NCBI GenBank assembly: GCA_964016885.1
Contig: OZ024743.1
Span: 172,422,001-172,486,000 of the forward strand
From: Eledone cirrhosa
Lineage: Eukaryota
DNA length: 64,000 nt
Direction: 5' to 3'
Below are positions 48,040 through 64,000 of this stretch, piece after piece. The notes beneath the pieces were generated by a model. The model had not been told where the DNA came from, made no database searches, and saw only the letters and a list, made by a program, of their open reading frames with translations. A program made the translations under genes and the position numbers. Each line of letters begins with the position of its first letter. Position 1 is the first letter of the stretch.

Positions 48040-48335
48040 AAAAGTCTTAATTGGGATTAAAAAGGAATAAATATAAATGGTGAATAGAAAATAGTAACCT
48101 AAGTAAACATGGAAGGACAGCCGAACTCCCACTGTCATCGCCTCCATCTCTCTCGCCATCCACATCTCTCCGTATGGTGAGCAAATAAGGACAGCGGACA
48201 GAATGGAGAAGGCATTTCCCTGGAGGATGGTAAGGGAGATGCGCTGGAAGAGCCATTCCAACACGCGAGGCTCACACCTGCGGCTGGCCAGCTCAGCGCC
48301 TATGGTAGTGAGTAGGGAGGTAGCCTTAGTGCAAA
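48040..48335 (-). mobile_element. CRE-like non-LTR element C-terminal stub
   Basis: WLFQRISLTILQGNAFSIL resembles the QR(L/I)S...GNA end motif of CRE-type elements. Confidence 0.65.
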
Positions 48336-48529
48336 GGGTCGAATGAAATATATCTGTAATTCAAAGGGCCAAAATCTGTGTTAAGCAAAATCTCCATGAG
48401 AATTATGCTAAGATACACGTGTCTATGAAATACTCAGCCACTTACATGTAAATTTCATTAGAGAGCTGTTTCGTTCATTGTACAACTGGAACACTCGTCA
48501 TTGAAACCGAATTAATATATGAATATAAT

Positions 48530-48672
48530 CGCAGCCGTAGCTATGTGGTTAAGGAATTCGCCTAGCATGCACGAGGTTCTGAGTACTGCGACGCTAAATG
48601 GCACATTGGGCAAGTGCCTTCTGTTATAGCCGCGGATTCACCAATGCCTTCTGAGCGAAATTTGGTAGCCGT
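48530..48672 (+). mobile_element. tRNA-derived CORE-type SINE fragment
   Basis: A-box-like tagctatgtggttaag followed by ttgggcaagtgccttct. Confidence 0.7.
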
Positions 48673-48769
48673 ATATATATATATTTATATATTTATATAT
48701 ATATAATTCTCTATAATAATTCTCAATAATATTCTATATATATATATATATATATATATAGAATATTAT

Positions 48770-49485
48770 AGAGAATTATTTTTATATGGGTTCCTAGTGT
48801 CCGCGCATTGCCTGGGAACTTAGCTGAGAATAGACTCCCTGATGACGTAAGGAATTCTCTATAGTTATCTTACGTAACTATATTTATCCCCTTACAGAAA
48901 CTAATTAGTTGGAGTGAAAATTTAACTAAGTAAGTTAATTTTTAATTTTTAAAATTTTCTTATGTTACGTCTTTCATATAATTGTTCTGCATCCCCCTGC
49001 ATAGAACCACAAAAGTACTAAGACATAACATATATATTTGCTAGCATGAGTATACATCTGTATACATATGTTGGTAGATATACTAATTCTCTATATTTAA
49101 CTCCAAATTATTTCTTGAGTAAAACTTGCCAAAATTTACTGCTGTGATTCATTGTAGTAGTAGGCTATTGTCATAATACCACCCCACTCCTCACTGATTA
49201 ACCTCAGTGTCACGTGATTGATCCTTTAGAATCTGCCACTGTTCAGTGCTTTGGAATTTAGTCCCCGCTAGCTTTGTTCCATCCACTGAATTATTATTTT
49301 TATATGGGTTCCTAGTGTCCGCGCATTGCCTGGCAACTTAGCTAAGAATAGACTCCCTGATGACGTAAGGAATTCTCTATAGTTATCTTACGTAACTATA
49401 TTTATCCCCTCACAGAAACTAATTAGTTGCAGTGAAAATTTTAGTAAGTTAATTTTTAATTTTTTTAATTTTCTTATTTTACGTC

Positions 49486-49490
<5 letters not shown>
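48770..49490 (+). mobile_element. Retrozyme-like non-coding element: 518-bp unit between two HHRs (48834-48915 and 49352-49433)
   Basis: About 200-bp direct repeats, each with actcc-CTGATGA-cgtaagg...GAAA-ctaattag-TT-g(g/c)agt; no credible ORF. Confidence 0.75.
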
Positions 49491-49531
<41 letters not shown>

Positions 49532-49749
49532 CTCTCTGAACACTGCCCGAACTGCATGCACAAGAACTTTGCAATATTCAAACACTTTAAGCCAGTGTTA
49601 AAGCCCGATGGCTAATAACGACCTCCCCCTATTGGCCCCTTTACCTCCTCCCCACCCTACCCCCACCCCTCCTCAACCTGAAATACGGCCACTATGGTCA
49701 TGTGAGTACCTCTTTCGTATCTACATTTTCTGCCTGTAGAGGTGTCTTT

Positions 49750-52720
<2,971 letters not shown>

Positions 52721-53325
52721 ATGTGTGTTTTTTTGTTTTTTATGTGTGTTTTTTTTGTTTTTCTGTTTTTTTGTTTTTTTGTTTTTTTGTTTTTTTGTGA
52801 ATGTGTCTGTTGATTTTGGCATATTGTTGATTAGTTTAAGAGAAGTTCGAAGATAATAGTAAGATATGCACTCAGTATTTTGAATCTGTCTGCAGAATTC
52901 TCTAGAGCTTTGTCACTTAGTAGAACCTTAATGACTTTAGCTTTTAAAGAATCTCCCTTTTCTTTAATTCTATGGAGCATGACTGACCCCCCACTGATTT
53001 TATAGACACCTGTTAGCTTAAGAGAAACTTATTGACAAGGAATGGTATACCATCCGGAACCTGTTTATAGAATTCTGTCTGCCTTTGTTACTCTAAAAAC
53101 ATAAATAAATATAAATAAAAATAAAAATTAACTATAGCTTTGTAGAATTAGCTTTTAATGAATTCCCTTTTCTATCAACCAATGACCTGCACCCATCCCA
53201 CTCCCCACCCTCTCCTACCACTTGTAGAGACCTATAAATACCATATTTATTTTTTGATACCCAGATTCCTGATGATTTCTAATGAATGAAACAGTTCTAG
53301 TCCTGTAGAATCTCTTCTATATTAA

Positions 53326-53360
<35 letters not shown>

Positions 53361-53846
53361 TGTATGAATAGTATATTTGGCAATATACCGTGTCTTTAAT
53401 TAAAAACATTCAGTATTAAAGTAGTGACTATATCACTTACTTCTTTTCGGTGAGAGAAGGGAGAGAAGTTGACAGTCTGTTTCACGTTGGTTGGCGTTCA
53501 TCAGAGCCACGTAATCCCCTGCTTCCGTCGAAAATTATAGAATCCTTATAGAATTCCAATAATAATAAGGAGGTGATTATACAGAGCGATTGCCGGTCCA
53601 GCAAAAATTCGTTATTAGGATTGGTGCTCTGAAATAGCGATGTATACATGAATGTATGTACAGTATATTTGGCAATATACCTGTCAGCTTCTCTCCCTTC
53701 TTTCTCCGAAAAGAAGTAAGTGACATAGTCACTACTTTAAAACTGATAACGTATGGTCTTCTAAATGTTTTTAATTAAACATAGGGTATATTGTCAAATA
53801 TACTATACATACATTCATGTATACATCGCTATTTCAGAGCACCAAT

Positions 53847-56312
<2,466 letters not shown>

Positions 56313-56319
56313 TTATTTA

Positions 56320-56997
56320 TTTATTAAAATAACAGATTAAAGTTTAAGCAAAGAATCGCTGCTTTCACCCATAACGGGATCTTCTGAAACTAACAAAGTC
56401 AATCTGTGAACGCGGAAGTGAATATTTCAAAAAACGTTGCAACAGGAAGACGATACTTTGGTTCGTGGAAACGTTCTCTGGCAAAGAACGGGAAAAAACG
56501 AATATAATACGTAATTATTTGGAGCGGTGAAAAGCAATTACACGCAAAGACCAAACCACGTTTATGGTATAAAAGAAGTCGTAGACTAATATTCTATTAG
56601 GTGGTTCATAGAGACGTTCTCTGGCAATGAACGGAAAAAACGAAGATAATACGACATATGTGGAGCGGAGGAGAACAATTGCACGCAAAGACAAAACCAC
56701 GTAAATGGTATCTCAGAAGTCGTAGACTAAAATTCTAACTAGGAAACCGAATGATTCTCGGCTTCAGAGTTAAGAATAAAGTAAATAAAATACAGAGGTA
56801 ATTGAAATTAAATAAATACATACACGCATCCATATACGTACATACACAAGCATACGCGAAAACACTCGCCATAGGTATACAAGTACACGCACGCACACCA
56901 AAAAAAAAAACCGCACGTACATACAGAACCCACGCAACGCCTATACCCGCACGCATACGAATGTAACACCAAATACACATAAAAATATATATAAAAA

Positions 56998-57028
<31 letters not shown>

Positions 57029-57830
57029 CGTGCGTGTATAAATATAATTAAATAAACGTATATAAATAAATAAATACGTATATAACAAGCGCACACACAT
57101 ACCTACATGTAAATACACATACGTTCGGAGACGTACGTCAACCAAAACACAAAGTACACATATACGCACACCCTACATACGTACGAACCCGCATACTCAC
57201 ACAGACGCAGAACTCAAGTATACACATAACCAAAAGCATATGTACCAGGATATATAATATATACGCCATAACATATACAATCAAATATACGTACGAGAAA
57301 GTATACGTACCTTCACAAAACATACAGGTAATATATACTTACCTATACAAATAAGTAATGGTATAAACATAACATATACTTAGCTACCACATCAAGACGT
57401 AAAATATCCGCGTATAGTTCGTACTAACCGTTAGGGTATAATGTGGGACTGTAATACAGGAAAGTTTTGTACAATTTATGTTTACAAGCCGAAATTGCCT
57501 CAGATTTTTTGTTTAAGATGTGGTCTTTGGCGTAGAGTATTTCCAGGGCCTCAGCGGCGCAGAGGTCACATGGTCTTTTATTTCCGTTATACGATCTAGC
57601 CTCGGCTAGGATCTCCCAGTGTAACTTATATTGGGTGTGGTTGTCTTTTAGACTCTAGATATAAGCTGAAAGTGACGTCATGTTCCTTCATAAAGGGTAA
57701 CGAAAAGAATGAGTATGCATGTAAAGAGGCTGCTTGAATCTATTGGCGGTTAACCCTATGTAGGCCCTACGGGACGTGGGTGTTTCAACCTTACATTTGT
57801 AGACAATATATATATATATATATTTGTAGA
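56320..57830 (-). mobile_element. Hydra-like PLE 3' fragment, related to 20790-21275
   Basis: IVYKCKVETPTSRRAYIGLTANRFKQ, CDLCAAE; ends with the CAGAAGA-core HHR. Confidence 0.85.
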
Positions 57831-58960
57831 CAATATATATATATATATTACTCCAAATTGGCTGACTGAATACAGACGTGTTTTCCTCAGGCAGTACCAA
57901 GCATAACCACAGTCCAATTACGGAAGTTATTAAAATAAGGGTTTCTGATTTAGGCACAAGGCCAGAAATGTTGTGGGAGAGGAATGTCAATTAAATCGAC
58001 CCCACTGCATTATTGATATTTTATTTTATCGACCCTGTAAGGATGAAAGGCCAAGCTAAACTCGACAGAATTTGAACTCAGAACGTGAAGGGCCGTAACT
58101 ATATGTAGCAAAGCATGGTGTCCAACTCTCTATCGATACTGCCAATACACCACCCTTGCACTCAGAACGTAAAGGGACATAACTCTAGGCACTAATAGTT
58201 TCGTCTGATGCTATTTCGTTTAATGGTTTCAATGGCGGTGGATTGAAACCGTATCGGTAGCGATACGGTTTCAATCCACCGCCATTGAAACCATTAAAGT
58301 AATAAAAGGACAAAAGAAATATATGGAGGTGTAAAATTGATAAGGAAAAAGCAACACGAAGGCAAAAACAAATATAATTATTAAGTTGACACACTGGAAA
58401 TAGATATAGAGCTCTTCTGGAAAAAATAGAATGAAAGAAAGCCATAAAAATAAAAGTAGGCACGAGGTGTGAAATCTCTTGCTGTATATAGAACATGAGA
58501 CATTGAAATGACCGGAAGAGAGGGAAAGAGCAAAAGAGTTTTTCCCTCGTGAGAATGACTGGGAGGTTAAAATGTGTGCGTTGTGTATATATACTGTTGT
58601 ATGTATGTGTATACTATTCAAACGCATATATGGTTGTCGTAGTTGTTGTTGTGTGACCATTGTGTGTATGTGCGTGCGTATGTCTTATAGTTTCAATGTA
58701 TTCGTTATGATATATGTGTGTACCTGTGTTTCAAATGGATATTCTTATGGAGAACTAGATTCCTTTGCCCGGTTGAGGAGTGGATGGTGTATGATGTGTG
58801 TACCTAATGTGATTAGTTTATGTTGGATTTTGTTGAGCGTGTGAAAGTGTATCAGCGACTGTGTGTGTGAGTATGTGTGACTTTGGACGTGTGTTGGTGG
58901 TCATTGTTTGTATGTACATGTGTCCGTGTGAATCTGTTGTGTTAATGTATACGGTTGTGG

Positions 58961-61465
<2,505 letters not shown>

Positions 61466-61539
61466 AATACACACACACACACACACACACACACGCATAT
61501 ATATATATAGAGATAGATAGATAGATAGATATATAGAGA

Positions 61540-61632
<93 letters not shown>

Positions 61633-62136
61633 TGGTTTCTACAGGACTAGAACAGTTTCATTCGAATTAAACCGTTCTCGTCCTGTAGAAGCCATTTCTA
61701 TATTAAATAGTTATACTCTGCTATGTATTGAGTACCTTACTTACTGTGGTTAGCTGCGATTCAACTCGGGATACATACATACACACATTATATATATATT
61801 TATATATAATAGGAAACGAAAAATCAGTGATGCATCTGAACTCAATTTATTGTGTTACAATTGTTTCCTCGGCGGACATGACTGCAATTCATACACACAT
61901 CCCTACTGACCATTATCACAACAATGAATCTCTTTACTACACACACACGCACATATTTGTCTTAAAAGACTTATTTTTCAGTGACTTCTCAATCAGGCGA
62001 AAAAGGACACTCTTCGACAAACCTACATTTGGCGCAAAATCAATTTTTAACATTCACGTGACCTCTACCGACCAATCAAAATTGTTTTACTACAAGAATC
62101 TTTGCAACACGAATTGGCGCGAAACTTATAGTACTC

Positions 62137-62353
62137 AATGAATAGATCCGAGCATTTTATATCAACTAGAAATAGATTGACACATATATATATATAAAAT
62201 AAACACATGAAACAATCTCAGGGAATAATTTGTAAAGTGTGTAAGCACAAATTATTCCCTGAGATTGTTTCATGTGTTTATTTTATATATATATATATAT
62301 ATATATGTGTCAATCTATTTCTAGTTGATATAAAATGCTCGGATCTATTCATT
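62137..62353. repeat. Palindrome with ~100-bp arms; partial third copy at 62780-62870
   Basis: aatgaatagatccgagc...gggaataatttgt mirrors acaaattattccc...gctcggatctattcatt. Confidence 0.9.
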
Positions 62354-62929
62354 GGAATCTTTGAGCTTATTCTGCAGTGAATATGGCGCATGTCTCTCAG
62401 ACATGACAACCTTAATTTAATTTTGGATATATATACGGCCCCTTGATTGTAGAGCTAATTCAGTTGAATAGACTCGGCTGCTATTTCTAGCTGTCGATAG
62501 TCCTATTCACGCTACTGGGATGGCGCGGTGCGATGTCTGTATTTTTTATAAAATGCAACACGTGGTTCGAGTCATTCACAGATTTGCATTTGATGTGTAA
62601 ACGCAGATGGTTGGATCTTCTCCTTTGGTGACCATCCGGGATTTGACCGTTGTGATTTACTGGTTAATTGGTGAAATATATTTTTTATTTAAAGAAATAT
62701 ATACAAAGGAGATTAATCGTTTTAAAATGTATCTATATTTGAAGTTCTAATTAAACTTTAATTAGTTACCTACCTAGCTGTGTGCTTACACACTTTACAA
62801 ATTAGTTCCTGAGATTGATTCATGTGTTTATTTAAAATATATATATGTGTCAATCTATTTCTAGTTGATACATATATATATATGAGAGTATTGAAGTTTG
62901 CTTGAAGCATTGTGGAATAATAAGGTATA

Positions 62930-63860
62930 TTTCTTTAAGTCGTTTGGAAGCCTCGACAATGCAGATGGGTAAATCTACGGGTAACAAGATCCGGTGGTGG
63001 AGAGAGAGAGATGTAAGTGAGTGTACGTTGAGATGTGTAGCGTGTAGAAGAATGTAGGAAAGAGCGTAAAGGATAAAAATAAAAATAATAACACGAGATA
63101 GAGTTACCTTGGGAGAGATTTAATTGTCCCTATATTCACATCCATCAACTGTGGTGTTTTTCCGGGGGGGGGGAGGTTGTCTGTCGGAAAGGTGCGAAAC
63201 GTGTCCTCCGCTGTTCGTTGTTTTTAATATCTGAGGTATTCAGCAGAGCGCGCGTGCGCGTGAAATGGGGTCGGTCAATCAGAGGTCGGCGGTCGAAATA
63301 GTTCTTTCGATTGTGGGAGTGGGGTGGCGCTAGCTGTCAGTCCATAGTATTCTCTGCCTGTTTGGTGAATTTTACTGTGTGTTTGCGTGTGTTGTTGTCT
63401 CGCTTGAGTGTGTGTGTGCGTGTGTTGTTGCCTTGTTCGTCTGTATTGGCAGTTTAGTATGTTCGTATGGTGGAATGCTACTGTGTGTGTGTGTGTGCGT
63501 GTGTTGCTGTCTCGCTTGTGTGTGTGTGTGCGTGTGTTGCTACATCGTTTGTTTACTTAAACCAACCACCTCATTTCGCTTCTCTCGGATCGGTTGTTTA
63601 TTTGTGGCCCTAGGCGTTTGATCCAAAGTGCTTCCTTGATTCGTAATGTGCCGACGTTTCTTTCTGTCGCTAGAATTGTGACAATGAGCCTTCCGTCTTT
63701 CTACATTCTTCTACATTTCTACATTTTTCTACACGCTACATTCTTCTAAACGCTACACATCTCAACGTACACTCACTTACATCTCTCTCTCTCCACCACC
63801 GGATCTTGTTACCCGGAGATTGACCCATCTGCATTGTCGAGGCTTCCAAACGACTTAAAG

Positions 63861-63865
<5 letters not shown>
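62930..63865 (-). mobile_element. Second copy of the Poseidon-like PLE 3' end with a short fold-back arm (63735-63862)
   Basis: Reverse complement of 10715-11500; 63735-63862 mirrors 62932-63055. Confidence 0.9.
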
Positions 63866-63895
<30 letters not shown>

Positions 63896-64000
63896 AAAAT
63901 ATAAAAATATAAAATATAAAATAAACATACGTACACATCCACATACACATACACACGTATATAAAAACATGCATACAACCAAATATACAAAACCTACGTA

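Overview
AT-rich eukaryotic intergenic DNA, probably from a cephalopod such as Octopus (inferred from the SINE families and repeat make-up). No intact host gene is visible. The window is a mosaic of decayed retroelements sitting in (TA)n microsatellites. It holds about a dozen Penelope-like element (PLE) copies resembling four clades (Hydra, Poseidon, Neptune, Nematis), RTE and Tx1 LINEs, restriction-like-endonuclease LINE scraps, Helitrons and tRNA-SINEs. The main hidden signal is about 30 type-I hammerhead ribozyme (HHR) motifs on both strands. Several carry core variants shared between copies (U3:A8, U4A, U4C, GCAA). Many sit in fold-back insertions whose mirrored arm stops just before a shared WTACTCC motif. 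One 518-nt non-coding unit bounded by two HHRs looks like a retrozyme. All motifs were read and folded by eye; none has been tested computationally.
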